Below the pieces are notes generated by a model that saw only the letters and a program-made list of their open reading frames with translations, made no database searches and had not been told where the DNA came from. Shown piece after piece: positions 10,896 through 24,254 of a DNA stretch of 64,000 bases (position 1 is its first letter; each line of letters opens with the position of its first letter). The DNA lies in the NCBI GenBank assembly GCA_973895155.1, contig OZ316892.1, forward strand, positions 26,125,233 to 26,189,232, read 5' to 3'. The position numbers and the translations under genes were made by a program. The stretch is from Marsupella aquatica (taxonomy: Eukaryota > Plantae > Marchantiophyta).

Positions 10896-12263
10896 TAGGA
10901 GAGCATGGACAGGTCCATTTGGGACATTCAGAAAGTGAGTCGAGGTTTGCGCGGAGTTCGGTTGTTTCTCGTTTTCAGCGGCATGACCTATTTCTACATA
11001 AATCTCAGGTACCGATCTTTCTTTCTCTGTTGTTGGAATGTTGTTCGTAGTTGAGTACTCCGATGAAACCTACAAGCCCTCATTTTAATGCGTTCCATGA
11101 AGTACACCGATGAAACCTACAAACCCTCATTTGAATGCGTTTCATCGATAACTAGAGAGAATGGTCTTGTTGTCCTGTATGCAGCACAAGACACGGAATA
11201 TCAAGGAAAGCTAGTCCTTACAGTTTGTATCCTGCTGGAACGGACCTTCTCTTCGACGCCACTAAGGTGTGTTCTACAGAGCCTTTCGACTTTGCTTGTA
11301 GATGGGAAGCGTTGTGAATGGATGAACTGGGTAACATTGTTAGAGCATCACTCTGGCAATTATGAGAAGGGGTTCTCAAATTAAATTAATTTATGACAAA
11401 TTCGTTTATAGCAAATTGTCATGCTCTCATGTAGGCAAAGGACAGAGTCACTGGGGTGGCATGTTCTAGGTGGTAAACCCAAACTCTGCTGTCTTAAATT
11501 CAAGGACCTTAATCTAAAATTTCAGACACTTGTCACTAATCTCAAATGGAGCATTTGTCCTTTTGGGTGTTTGTCAGTTGTATAAATCGGCCCTGGGTAA
11601 TATATTTGAGGATGAGGACTGGGGCCCATTAGATTTTGGCATTATGTCAAAGCATTTCGAACGCCAAGGAAAATCTCCATATTCTTATCATTCTGTAAGT
11701 TTTCCTCATTATCTCAGCTCCTATTCTTTCAAATTCTTCGTTTTCTTTGAAGCATGGCGGCACAAAATGTGGAAAATAAGCCAGAGTCGAAACAAGCTGA
11801 AAAGAGGGCAAAGAATGGGGTCGGGGGAGGGGATGTTGTTAGGGAAAGTCTCCACTTCTCTTACAGACAAGCTCTGCGGAGCAAAGATTCTGTTTAAGGC
11901 AGAAGAACTTTGTATTATTTGGACAGAGTCGAAGACGTAGAGACCATAATAAGCTATGCTGAACAGCTGAGTAGCGCTCGTTTAGACACCAATCAAGTGT
12001 TTTTGAAACCCTCAAAACTTGTGAGCTTGGTACCAGTGAATGAGTGAGCGACGAGAACTCACCACAAGCTTTGTTCGAGCTTTGAGATTTATTGTTCTAG
12101 CAGATTTGTGGGACACGGCAAACATGAGAGTTTTCATTGTTGTAAAGGACATCCTACTGCATTAAAGTCATACTATTGAATTTCACAAAGTTGGTCTGTC
12201 GATGTGCAGGCATACATGGTGCACCTCCTTTCCAATGGGAAGGTGACTGACTCCAACTTGTAG
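10896..12263 (+). CDS. Partial spliced gene for a small plant protein of unknown function (exons ~10896-11008, 11578-11694, 12210-12263); start not found
   Basis: Phase-0 GT-AG junctions give ...GEHGQVHLGHSESESRFARSSVVSRFQRHDLFLHKSQ-LYKSALGNIFEDEDWGPLDFGIMSKHFERQGKSPYSYHS-AYMVHLLSNGKVTDSNL*. The last two exons resemble a conserved plant motif I recall (WGP.EF.IMAKHFERQGKSPYAYH..YMAHLLS.G) but cannot name. Confidence 0.6.
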
Positions 12264-12883
12264 TTTCGCTAATTGTCGAAGCTTTAGGAAACATCATTGT
12301 ACTTGGGCCTCCCATCTTTGCAGTCCAAATCCTGGGACTCTGGTTCCCTGTCATACGGAATACATTTCAGAGCTGAGAGAGCTGACTCAAATATTAGCAA
12401 CGTAGCAGCTGCTCTGTCACTATCCTAATGTTGAGAATTTCTCCACCACTCGGTTCATAGGGAAGAAGTCCCCATTAAAAATTGAGAACGATGAAAACTG
12501 CCCAAACTTCTGTTAGTTCTCACATGTCTCTTCCGTGTTTGGCACATGTCCTCCTTGTTAATCATTTACATGAATGCGGGAAGCATGCATCCTAGTTCTG
12601 ACAGCATAATTGAGGCAACACATCATTCTGCATTTTTATGAGCGAATACCAGGTGTCTCATTGCTCTACAACCTGGACACATTGCCAGGGCCTTTGCCAT
12701 CACGCAGTTCTAGCTTTAGACACGTAGAATTGTTTGATCTGATCTTAATCTCGTTTTACAAAGGTCTTCACTCCGTGACGACCACGCTAGGTCTTTTGGA
12801 TCTCAAGTTGGTGGTGAAGCTCAGTGTAGGGTTTCGGACACATAAAGACCTGCTTTCGTAGGGTTTTTCGTGACTTGTTCGAG

Positions 12884-13945
12884 ATGGCGACGGTACTTAT
12901 ATCGAAGATGAGATGGCCAGAACGCAGAAGAACAAGGCCACGGCGCATCATCTAGGGCTGCTGAAGCCGAGCTGGCCAAGCTTAGAAGGGAGATTCTGGC
13001 TCCGTCATCGTCCAAAGGGGGCGGAGCTTGGGAAAGGTTTGATGGGACGAAGAGTGGGGATTCCAGAGTAGGGCTAGTGGGATTTCCTTCCGTTGGAAAA
13101 TCCGCTCTGCTCAATAAGCTGACGGGGACATTCTCTGAGGTGGCCTCTTAATAGTTTACCACCCTCGGTTGTGTTCCTGGCGTCATCCAGTACAGGGGGG
13201 CAAAAGTCCAGCTGCTGGATCTTCCGGGGATTAATGAAGAGGCAAAAGATGGGAAAGGGCGTGGAAGACAGGTTATCAGTACTCCACGATCTTGCAATTG
13301 TATTCTGTTAGTGTTGGATTCTATCAAGCCGATAACTCACAAGCGATTCAAAGAGAAGCAGCTGGAAGGATTCGGCATCAGGTTGAACTCAGAGCCTCCC
13401 AATTTGACGTTAAGCGGAAAGACAAAGGTGGCATCAATTTTACGTCTACTGTGTCCAACACTCACCTAGATATATAGGAAATCCTTAATGCGGACATATC
13501 ACCCAAATATGACGCCACAGCGGATGATCTCATTGACGTTATTGAAGGGAACAGAATCTACATGCCGTGTATCTATGTGGTCAACAAGATTGATAAAGTG
13601 ACGGTCGAAGAGTTGGAGATTCTCGACAAGTTGCCGTATTACTGTCAGTCAGCGCGGACTGGGAGTGGAATTTAGATGGCGTTTTGGAAAAAATTGGAGC
13701 ACCTTGATTTGATTCGCGTCTACACCAAGCCTAAAGGGGCAAGTCCTGATTATGAAGATCCTGTCATTCTGTCAGCGAAGAAGTGTACAGTGGATCGCTT
13801 TTGTCGGCGTCTGCACAAGGATATGGTGAAGCATTTCAAGTATGCACTTGTTTGGGGTTCAAGTGCAAAACACAAGCCACAAAGAGTAGGCAGGGATCAT
13901 CAAATTGAAGATGAAGACGTTGTCCAAATTATTAAAAAGGTCTAA
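12884..13945 (+). pseudogene. DRG1: Intronless (processed) pseudogene of developmentally regulated GTP-binding protein, DRG1 type
   Basis: [42 protein letters not shown] and NKID are present, with a TGS domain ending SAKHKPQRVGRDHQIEDEDVVQIIKKV*. Lesions: deletion after MATVL, frameshift near 12966, TAA-TAG at 13149-13154 replacing YE, deletion near 13475, frameshift near 13690. No introns. Confidence 0.92.
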
Positions 13946-15787
13946 GTTTTTGTTCGCGTGCGTCTGAACTTCAAGCCCATTTGCTCGTAATGGCATGGTT
14001 TTGTATTTTTCAAGGGAATGCATTAGTTCACTGGAATGCGCTCCGAGTCATGAGAATAGGTGAACCTTTTCTGTTGTTTATGAGTATCAGGGTCCCATTT
14101 TAACTGGGTAATAAGCAGCAGAGTAGCAAATGTGGAAATGCTTCTCTCCCTGGGCCCGAGGAATATAATTTCCAGAATCCAAATTCATTGTATGTATCAT
14201 CCTTGGGGCTGGAAATTTTTCACAGGTTGGCAGCCGTCAAGACGGTGTCCTGTTTTTTACGAACAAATTAGTACATATCTTTAGGGTTGTGACGTACATT
14301 TTTCCCCTTGTTCAGTTATCAGCCTATGAATGGTGGCGTTCGTATTATGAAGAAACGGATGAACAGAAGTAGTTAAGTACCTTAAGGAAGCATGCATTGA
14401 CTCATTAGACTCATCAGCCAGGTAAATTGTTGAAAGAGACGCGTGCATTGCAATAGCTGAAGTTAATTTTTTAACGAAGGCCAGGTCGAAGACATTCCTT
14501 CAATCTGTTCAACAAAATTTGAATATCTTTGGTACAATCTCAGGTAAGACCTTGACCCCAATTCTTCACCTGGATCATTAAGGGCAGGATACTGCTAGTG
14601 CTGCAATAAAGTAAATTTTCTGCTCGCTCCCTCGGCTGACTCCCCGTGAGAGCTACTGAACTAAGAATGTACAAGACACCTGCAACAAGGGAAGAATTGT
14701 AGGAACTGTGTATGTTAACAGCAAGAATCACCTGGTCCTGAAGAACCTCAAGTAACTAATTGATCAGCTAAGCAGTTCGACATTATCATGATCTGGAAGA
14801 GTTTTCGAGTTTGTTTTCTAGAAAACTATGTGGTGCACTTGAAACTATGAAAGGCAGAAGATCAGAGATCCAATGGTCGGAATAGGGTCTGCCACAATCG
14901 TAGTTACAAACATGTACCTGGGAGACATCAGGGACACATCCGGCACCGGATCTAGTGAGTAAAATGGCAGCGGCGCAGTTCTTCATCAACCCGGGCACGA
15001 GTTTCTCCCACTCGCCGTCGGCACATATGTCGTTCACTCTGGACCAGGATCTTCCCTCGGGCAGCTCTTCATCCAAATCGCCCACCACCACGACCTCAAG
15101 GTCGGCAATCTCACGTGACAATGCTACGTTTCGTTCAAAGTTTGATTCGTTCAATTACCAACACAGCGCCAAAGTCAGCAGTAGCCTGAAATTCTCGCGC
15201 TTTCTTAAAACCTTGATTCGTTGTGATTGCTCACTCAATCTGCGCCGTATCGAAACAGTGCTCGCTTGGTAGATGGCCCTTGTAGCTCGCCATACCAGAA
15301 TGATTGGAGGATTGGAATGCGAACCTTTGCAAATAGCTATGCTAGAAAAACTAGGAGGGCAAATACGCCCTGACCAGAATAATAATGAAATGTTTCCAAA
15401 TGCATCACAACACTGAACCGTAGATGGAACCAATTAGCAATTAGCAAGATTAGCAACTATAATTCAACTTAGATGGAACCAATTAGCAATTGGCAAGATT
15501 GTGACTCTAGAAACAAGTAATCCACCATGCCGACATGATTCTGGATAGAATCGTCACCTGCTCAAGATGTATCTTGTGGGAAGGAACGCGTTGGGAAGGG
15601 TTAGAGGCCCCGAATACTCGATCTCCCAGTCTCAATACTAGGCACTACCCTTGTGATCAAAAACAATGCATCTCCATTGCTATCAAAGTTTCAGGACTGA
15701 ACCGTCCATCGTTGAGCTTTCAGTAAACGGTACAATAGCCACATCCAGAGGAAACTTGACGAGGATTTGATATATATGTACAGGACA

Positions 15788-18077
15788 CTACAATGTGTAT
15801 TTTTTTATTTTCACATCTTCCAATATACGATCCATTTCGTTCATGACCAGATCAATATCTGCAGCACTGCTTTCCATATCTATGACCCGGTAATCCATCC
15901 CCATCCAATAAGACAAAGTTGAAAAATGGGGCCTTCTGTACGTTGGAGCTGAGAGTTCGAAAACTATAGTAGAGGGCTTTGCAAACATGAGGTGTGTCAT
16001 TCCTGCTCCATGTGCTCCAATCAGCACATCTGCTCTTTTCACAGCTTGAACTTGTTCATCCATAGTCATGTGTGCAAGAAGGCCATTCACAATGGTGACA
16101 TTGAGCTGTTTCTCAGACTTCTCCGCTGCCCACTTGATCAGAGCCTTAAAGACTTCCTCCTCATTACTAAGTCGAGACTCCGGCTTCCCACTGTGGCGGG
16201 GGTGGGCCAAGTAGTTCTCACGTCTCACGAAGAGTACACTTACATCTTGGGCGTCCTTATCCACTAAAGAGGTCGCCTCCCCAGGGACGGTTTCAAAGCT
16301 TCTTGAAAAAAACTCTCCGTATTCACGCAGCCGAGCCATTTTTGATTCAATGGCACCTGACACTTCTGTCGTGTCCACGTTCTCAACAGAACTACCCCGG
16401 CATCTCAAATTAGAATTAATGAGCTTGAAAAGCGGCATGTCATAACCCAGTGGAGCAAAAATTGCATGCTCAAAGCATACAGATCCACTGTAGTGCTTTG
16501 CATAAGTGACGCTGCTGAAGATTGCTTTCCATGCATCATCCATGGGCGACTGCCAAAAAATGGCACTTGTTCAAATTAGATGCTGACAACGTCGGGAGAC
16601 ATCACCTTAGAGGTTATAGAAATCTATATGTATCCACAACGCCAAGAGATCGTATCCACTAAACTACCTACTTGCAAAATCAAAACTGAACAGAGCTCCA
16701 GTGCAGATGTGCTTCGTTCAAGAATTGGAATTCAGCTCTAGACCAACCTTGAAAACATTTACAATAACCATGACCAATGTCCCGCAAGGCTTCGGTCACG
16801 TTGTACCATCACAAAGAACCTTCTAGAAAGTCAAAAGTGACCACAAGGAGAAAATAAGCCTAGAGACAAGATGACAACCATGCAAATATTAGCACGGCTA
16901 TGGAGAGGGCAAGGAACTGGGAAGAAGGAGACTTGGCAAGGTGGATCCGACTTACTTTACAATGTCCATCCAAGAAAACGATACGAGGTCGATATTGAAG
17001 ACCAGCAATGCGAGAAGAAATGTACGCACTGAACCAATCCGTCGAGGTGTGAAACAAATTGGCATATTCATACCGTGTTACAAAAACTGTTGGCTCATAG
17101 ACTCTCTGCAAGGAATCAGAACAAACCTGCTCAGACTTTCCTGCAGGTATAGCAGGTTTGCGGGAAGCAACGTTAAAATCAGACTAAGAGCATTATACTT
17201 CACTGTCTAGATATGTTTTAAGGCAGAACAGAATTATTAAACGCTGAATGGCAAGCAGTGGAGCTGATTGGATCCCTGAGTGAGAAAGCAGTCTTTTTCC
17301 TACTGTTCGTAAAATTTCCGTTCAAGACAAAATCAACGAAGAAACGCAACGTGAGAGAGAGTGTTATACTTCTGAACAGACGGCGCTCTTAGAATCGACG
17401 GCACGCAGATTCAGCAGCAATGACCTCAACGTGTGCTTGTGTATCTGTCCTTTCGGCATGAGTTTGTTCACGGAAACCTCATTAATGACTCGAGCACTTG
17501 ACAGTAGTTTCGGATGCAAATTTCGAGTTACTTGAACCTGAAAGGCACCTTCTGAATACTGCGGTAATTCTTCGTCCTCTCCTCTACCAATGACCTCGTC
17601 TATAGCTTCTCCACCTCTAGAAACGGTGATCCCCTCTGGATTCATGATTATTTTCTTTCCTTCACAGACGGAGCTCTTCAATGTTTCACTGTAAAAGCAA
17701 CGAAACGAACCACAAGCATCACTGTCTCCTCTCCGCCTGCTGGAGTTGGTCTTCCCAACCTCATCCTTGCAGCGAGACTCGAGAATACGGTGCTCCTCTA
17801 CGAATCCATGTCCGAAATAGCCTTCGCAAGTGTAGGGTTTTAAATTCGGGTTGCGCGTCCACGGCTGGAAGGAAGAGAGAGCGGGCCACGTTTTGAGGAC
17901 CTCCATCTTGACCTCCATCAGCCTCCCCACTTCAGGTCCGGTGGTCCTCGCTAGGAAAGGACGGCCATCAGTTGGAGAATTCCAGAAGACAAAGATCTGC
18001 AGTAGAGTCATGCCGACGATCAGCAGAAATTGCACTACACGCAATGCTGTGACCACAACTTCTGAGCCGTTGCCCAT
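15788..18077 (-). CDS. XYLT: Beta-1,2-xylosyltransferase (GT61, N-glycan XYLT), 3 exons: 18077-17370, 17105-16956, 16549-15788 (~539 aa)
   Basis: N-terminal TM anchor; CEGYFGHGF; EPTVFVTRYEYANLFHTSTDWFSAY; VLFVRRENYLAHPRHSGK..SRLSNEEEVF; GAHGAGMTH. Both introns are phase-0 GT-AG. Confidence 0.93.
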
Positions 18078-19282
18078 TGTCTTGCCTTGTCTTGTGTTGT
18101 CTTCTCGTTTCGTCTCTCCACTACTCTGACGGAGAAATCAAACGAAACCCTGTCGACAATTCGACCAGGCTCACATATCTCTTCCCTTCCGTTCCCTCCT
18201 CTTCTCTGGCCTTCTAGCCTACCTAATCTGTGGGGACCACAGCAAACCATGCTCACAAATCCTCGTCATCCTGCTGCTGCTGCTGCACTAGATTGCAGAG
18301 ATACCAACTTCGTCCTTGCAATCTCACCTCCTCACACCCTACTTATTTCATCCTCTGTCCCTCTCTCAACTCAACAATTGCTGGCACGACTGGCCCTCTC
18401 TCTCCAGCGTTTTTGGAAGCCTGGTGAGATCGAAATTCATTCACTTATTCATCACTCATTCAGTCAATCATCAATCCACAGAGTCCTTTCTTCTGCAATC
18501 CTCTCGTGTCTGTAGTATGATTCCCGAGCTCAGCTAGGGCTCGACACGCTCAATGTTACCGTCTATCTGTCTATTTACTCAACATCACGGTCCTCAGGGG
18601 AAGTCGCCCAAGATTTCTTGAAGGTAAAGACTGCCCGAGACATCATCAACCCTAGAACCCGCACCTTGTGTCCTCGGCGAACGACGAAAACGCCCGAGAA
18701 TTTGCGCCAAAGCCATCTTTCTCATCCTCAATCCCACAGCTTTCGTTGCTAAAAACACAGCATTGTCTCGAAATCCACAACCCCGTGACTTTCCGCACCA
18801 CCGAACGACTGCTCGAGGTGGGATTTCATTTTTTCCTCTTGAGAGTCTCTCTCAAGAGTCAAGATCGCAGAAAGCTGTCCAAGATTCGGGAGACTCGGAT
18901 CTCAGAACTGCACTGACAAATCGGCGGAGAGTCCACAGACATTATTATTGCGTGCGACAACAAAGCGAATTGGTCAAACTGATTATGTCATTAATTGACT
19001 CCAGTTCCGAAGCAAATCAAGCAATGGAAGAGGAATAGAGGATGGACTATGCCATTATGGAAGACTGACATTGCCACAGAAAATCGATCGTTCCCCAATG
19101 GAAAGAAAGGTCTGCGCCAGAAATCATAGACTAGAGCTGCTGCCAAAGCCATTGGTTCTCTGCAGGAAAATGCCCGTAATAATGTCATTGACCACAAAAA
19201 TGCTCGCATTAATGCCTTTGACCAGACTCTCTCTTCAGCTTTGCAATTTTACATTACACTCAAAACCGAAGTGCAAGTCTAA

Positions 19283-19832
19283 GAGCATCTCCAACGTGTA
19301 TGGACCCCATTTGCTTACCTTATACATTAAATACATCGTAAAAGGTTGGTTTTTTTTTCAGTATATTCTATATAACAAGGATGATATCTCAAAAAATAAC
19401 CCCAATGGATACTGGTTTTGCGTTAAAAAAACAATTAGTATACTCTATACAACAAAGATGATATATCAAAAAACAACCCAATGGTTACTGGTTTTGGGTA
19501 AAAGGTTGGTTTGTTAATATAGTGTCAATGACATTATGATATGACAAAAAACAATCCCAATGGTTAGTGGGTTTTTTAGTATCTCTTGACATATGCACCC
19601 TTGCATGCTAATCATGGATCTTGGAGAACCCACCAATGAATCTTGTATTCAGTGAATGTGCTATACAGCAGCTCTACAGTAGCTCCCATACAGATCCAAT
19701 AACCAGACAACCCAGTGAGGTCAGAAGGGAATAGCCCGTATAACCCGTTGGGGTTGTCTTTTTTGTTGAATCTTACTGGGTTTGGTCAACATAGTGTTAC
19801 AGTAGACAACCAAGTAACCGGTGGAGATGCTC
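19283..19832. mobile_element. PIF/Harbinger (Tourist-like) MITE
   Basis: TAA|GAGCATCTCCAAC ... GTGGAGATGCTC|TAA: matching TIRs and a TAA target duplication. Confidence 0.8.
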
Positions 19833-19849
19833 TAACTGTAAGCTCCATC

Positions 19850-20156
19850 GACCACACCACCTGCGGGCACTTATCCATTGAATGCACTATGTTATAAGAA
19901 AATCTTCTCCCAGAGCTACCCTTTGTTTAACACTAACCCCACCCAAATTTGGACAGCTAGTCCCTGGAAAGTAGTTTATGGCATTGTCAGGTTGTCCTTG
20001 CATCAACTACACCACCTGCAGGCACTTATCCATTGAATGCACTATGTTATAAGAGAATCTCCTCCCAGAGCCACCCTTTGTTTTGCACTAACCCCACCCA
20101 AATTGGGACAACTAGTCCCTGGAGTGTTATTTATGGCATTGTCAGGTTGTCCTTGC
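19850..20156. repeat. ~155-bp tandem duplication
   Basis: acaccacctgc(g/a)ggcacttatccattgaatgcactatgttataag...ggcattgtcaggttgtccttgc occurs twice. Confidence 0.85.
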
Positions 20157-20753
20157 CTGCTGCCAGCCTAATGCTGCTCCAACCATGCACATTATACCAG
20201 AATAAATATCAAGAATCTGAGCACTATTTTAGTCCAGCTAGCTCTAGATGTTAGCTCTAGATGTTGTGATAGGCCATCTTTGTAGAGAGGCAGAGGTCCA
20301 AAGTTTGAAACTTCCAAGAGGCACACTTCATTTCACAGTAGAAGCTATTGACACTTAAAGGAGAAGTGAAATTGTTTTTTTCATGGGCAGCAGACAGTCC
20401 ATATATGACTTTCCAGGGACTCGTATTGCTGAATAACCCAACTAGGTTTTGCTTTCAAGATAGATTAAATAACGTACCCAGATTAGGTCATTGTACATGT
20501 CTACCATGGCCAGCCTGAGTGGGTAATTTCCCTGAACAGCAGGTATAAGTATAGTATCTGAGAAATGTAAGTTGAATCTTGAAAGTAACTTAGTAAGGAG
20601 TCAACTAGTATGGAGGCAATTATAAACTAATCTACTCCTTACACAGTAATGTTCCGGCAATTTGATTGGACCTGCCATTTTGCATTTTCCTTACTGGGTT
20701 TGTTCAACACCTCATTAGAGTAACAAAACCCCGTTGGGTTGCAGATGCTCTAA

Positions 20754-21110
20754 GTGCATGAGATATCACTTCCGCACTTCTCCTTATGTACACAATTTAT
20801 GAGTGCATGTGAAATTGCTTATGTTGTCAGGTCACACACATTGGATTCCTCGTACCCAGAGCCTTCATATTGCATGATTCAACTGGATAAGTGCATGAAA
20901 CTACTTTATGTACTTAATTGCAGCACTTATCAATTAATACTTCTTAGTTATGTATCCATTGCAGTAAATGATATATTCATGTCTACGCTTATAGACAGAA
21001 ATGCACTTATGCATTAGTCATTTTTTCCTGATATTCTGTTGTGTGCGTGAGGGACTACCTGCACTTGCGCAAACTGCATTGTCTCGTGCATTTACAAAGG
21101 CAATCACTGT
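20754..21110. repeat. Dispersed AT-rich repeat family with recurrent GCACTTAT/ATAAGTGC motifs (copy 1)
   Basis: gagggactac...ctgcactt near 21050 is reverse-complementary to sequence near 48150-48178. Begins TAA|GTGCATG, a Harbinger-like end. Confidence 0.55.
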
Positions 21111-24100
21111 AATACTAGGGGACCAGTACTCTGCCTGCGTCTAGACAAAGTTCAGTGTACTAGCCTGAGGGCCACGGTCTGAGTGCCCCTTTTTTGAACA
21201 TAAGTATAGTGGTGAGTACATTCAAGCAAGCTATTTCATTTTCATAGACTCACCCTGCCCTCAATCCCAGTTTCCACTTGTATCCTCAACTTCAATTATG
21301 CCCCCAAAGTCACAGCCTAGAAAGTCATTGTGTCCTCAATTGTGTTTTCCACTGGCATCCCCAACTTCAATTCACACACCCAAAGTTCGACCCAAAGTCA
21401 CAGTCTAGAGACTCATCCTGTGCACTTAATCTCATTTTTTGCTTGCATCCATTCTTCAACTTCAATTATGCCCCCAAAGTCTCAATCTAGAGGCTTTGCT
21501 CTAGAGTAGGCCGCCCCTAAATTGTTTTTGGGAGCAAGTGTATAATTAGATAGCACTCTCATGAGTTACTACCATATATAGTGGTAAGTTGGTTCCCAAT
21601 TCTCGCTTGTGAAGTCTTTTTGCTTTTAGACTTTGGGGGTGGCAGTTAAAAAAATTTGCAACCAGCAAGTTTCTCAGTCTACTTTTTTTACATTTTGCTT
21701 AATATACCTAGCCATCACATGTGTACATGCCCAATTTCAACAAATAACACCATTTTTCAGGCTGTCATGTCTGGAATTTTCCCCTCCCCATTTCCTTTAA
21801 CTGCCTCAGGAACTGCCTGCTCATTTTTTCAGTCCACCATTTTTGTGCTTGGTGCTAAAAAGAAATTCATGGAATTGGCTGTTGATTAGACCTAATACCA
21901 CTGAGGTAGCCCAATCCCGGAGCCCAAATGAATGGATAGTATTGCCAAGCGTAAATGAGGCGGCAGGGTAGTCGGGTGTTGTGGTAAGTCGGGCAAGTCA
22001 GACTGGCAACTGGAATTCAAGGATCCAGTCGTACACATGTGATGGCTAGGTCCATCTCACAGTTAGGCAATAATGTACCCATAATCAAATTGCCAAGGAA
22101 GCTTCCAGCCTGCCAGAATAACATTTCATGAACAGATCATGAAAAAGAAAAAAGCAGGTTATTGCTTACACTGCAAGTTTGTAAGTGACAAAAGTTGGGA
22201 CTCACAATCACTCTATCCTATTAAATACCAATCGGTGGAGATACAATCTGTCCTCTTTACAACATCTCCTTTGTCTGCTCATTTTCAGAGCAGAAGCAGG
22301 CCATTACCCTATAATAGGAAAAGATGTTTGGCATGAGGTTCACTAAGAGCATCTCCAACCATAACTGTAAAGCCTTACTGGAACTGCAGTAGGTGTTGAC
22401 TGAACCAGTAACTAAAGCTCAAAAAGTAGTGCAACCCTTCACTAGAACGCTATTAACCCTTTGTTTGCTTATAACACTTAACAGAAAAATTCCAAAGCTT
22501 TTGCTTGTATTAGGTCAGGGGCCAGGGCCGGGGCTGGTTATTCTTCCAAAAACTTTATTTAGGTGACCTCAAATGTGGCTTTATGAATGTGCACTAGGAG
22601 CTTCCAGAGTACTCAAAATCTACTGGATAAATGGAGACTTTACAAGTTGTAATCACACTTGATGCCAAATCACATCGTCCCATCCCTGGCATGGACCTCA
22701 AACCATGCGATTGTTCCACTTGGAAACATTGCAATTTGTTCTATGAGATAAATTAGGACTTTTCAAATCCTTTTAATTCATCCCTTTAATAATAACCAAG
22801 CATACACATGATGATAGGTTTGCCAAAGTCTCATGCTCTTAGCTCTCTCCTTGATGACATTTCGTCTGTTAGCCAATTTCCCCTCCTTAAAATTTGTTTA
22901 TAGACTACTGTGGCCCTTTGTTGTGTTTGTTTGTACTTTGCTGGATATTTTGAGGTACTCCGTATGCTCTTCGTCGATACAGTCTGACTGAAGTGAGGAA
23001 TATTGGGAAATCGCTTGTTCATTTCCCCGGAGGTCAATTGCAATCTGTACATGGAGTTGGATAATCAATCTCACTTGCGAGGGTTGCACATGCAGGATGA
23101 GGTGTTCCACTGACTTTGTACATAATAATGATTCTTCGGTTGTACTGAGAACTCTGCAAGATGATTAATTGATCGATGCCATTAACCAACGTTTCGTGGA
23201 ATGACCAGAACTTGCATCACGGTCTGTTAACTTTAAATCAAACAGATACAGCCAGAAAACTCTGCCCATCGCATATGTCACGTGACACCAGAATCAACGG
23301 TGAACAGCAGAATTGGTGTTCCTTTCCTGCAGAGGCTGAACTATTTGCACCCAAATAGGTGAAGAACATCACTGTCCCACTTTCACAAAGTGCTCACCAT
23401 ATTTGGCGCCATCAATTTACTAACCATGAAATAAGAAATTTAGGGCCACGAGAGATCCATCGGCCCCATTCCAGCACAAAAGCTTGAATATGAGAAACAA
23501 TTTTGAAAACAGGGATGCCTGAGAAAAATCCACCAAAAACACGCCCCTCACGCCGATCGTCTGGATCCAACGAAGTCTAGACATGAGGTCCCGCTAAGAT
23601 TTAGTGTAGAGTCATCGGACAGTAATGTAGTGTGACTCGAGAGGATACACAAGCTGATACTGGAGTTCTTTATTTTACAGCCATGATAAATGCTTTAAAA
23701 TCAGCGAGCATATATATATTGCTTCAATCTACAATATCAAACAGTCGATGTCCGACATTACCAAATCCTCTAATCTCAATGGGTGACAGGTAGAATGTAC
23801 TGCTAGGGGACTGAATGTCTGGTTCTTGCAGCGGTCACGAAATCTCATAAATCGTTTTGACTCCAAACCATGCATAGACTTCAGATCCATATATGCTGGG
23901 CAATAACCCTTACAAAGACTCTACATTTTGAGCAAGACAGGAAAAGAGGATTCACAAGCACCAAAGAAAGCACTTATCCAGAAACTTTCATCGATCTAAA
24001 GTCTACAATCCTACAAGGCGGTCCATCTTCATATGAGTAGGTCATAACTATGACCAGTTCACTTCACATCCGTTCCACCGTAACAAACTGCCCTGCGAGC

Positions 24101-24254
24101 CCGGCGAGTATTTTGGCCATGCTACAAGAAGGCCAACGCGACAAAAGAGGCTCAGTGTTGAAAGTTGTTGGCAGCTAATGTAACATAACAGAGCATTTGT
24201 GTTTCGATTCACACAATCTTTGTACAGCCCACCTTCAGAGCTCCATTGAGATCC

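Noticed and set aside
18600-19250. Possible Harbinger ORF2 remnant beside the Tourist MITE
   Set aside because: Only a vague RSPMERK similarity; insufficient.
20235-20330. tRNA-derived SINE-like A/B boxes (tagctctagatg ... agtttgaaact)
   Set aside because: Boxes are too degenerate, with no cloverleaf, tail or TSD.
21860-22090. piggyBac-like GIRSNQQPIP peptide on the minus strand
   Set aside because: Single short motif, no TTAA-flanked TIRs found.
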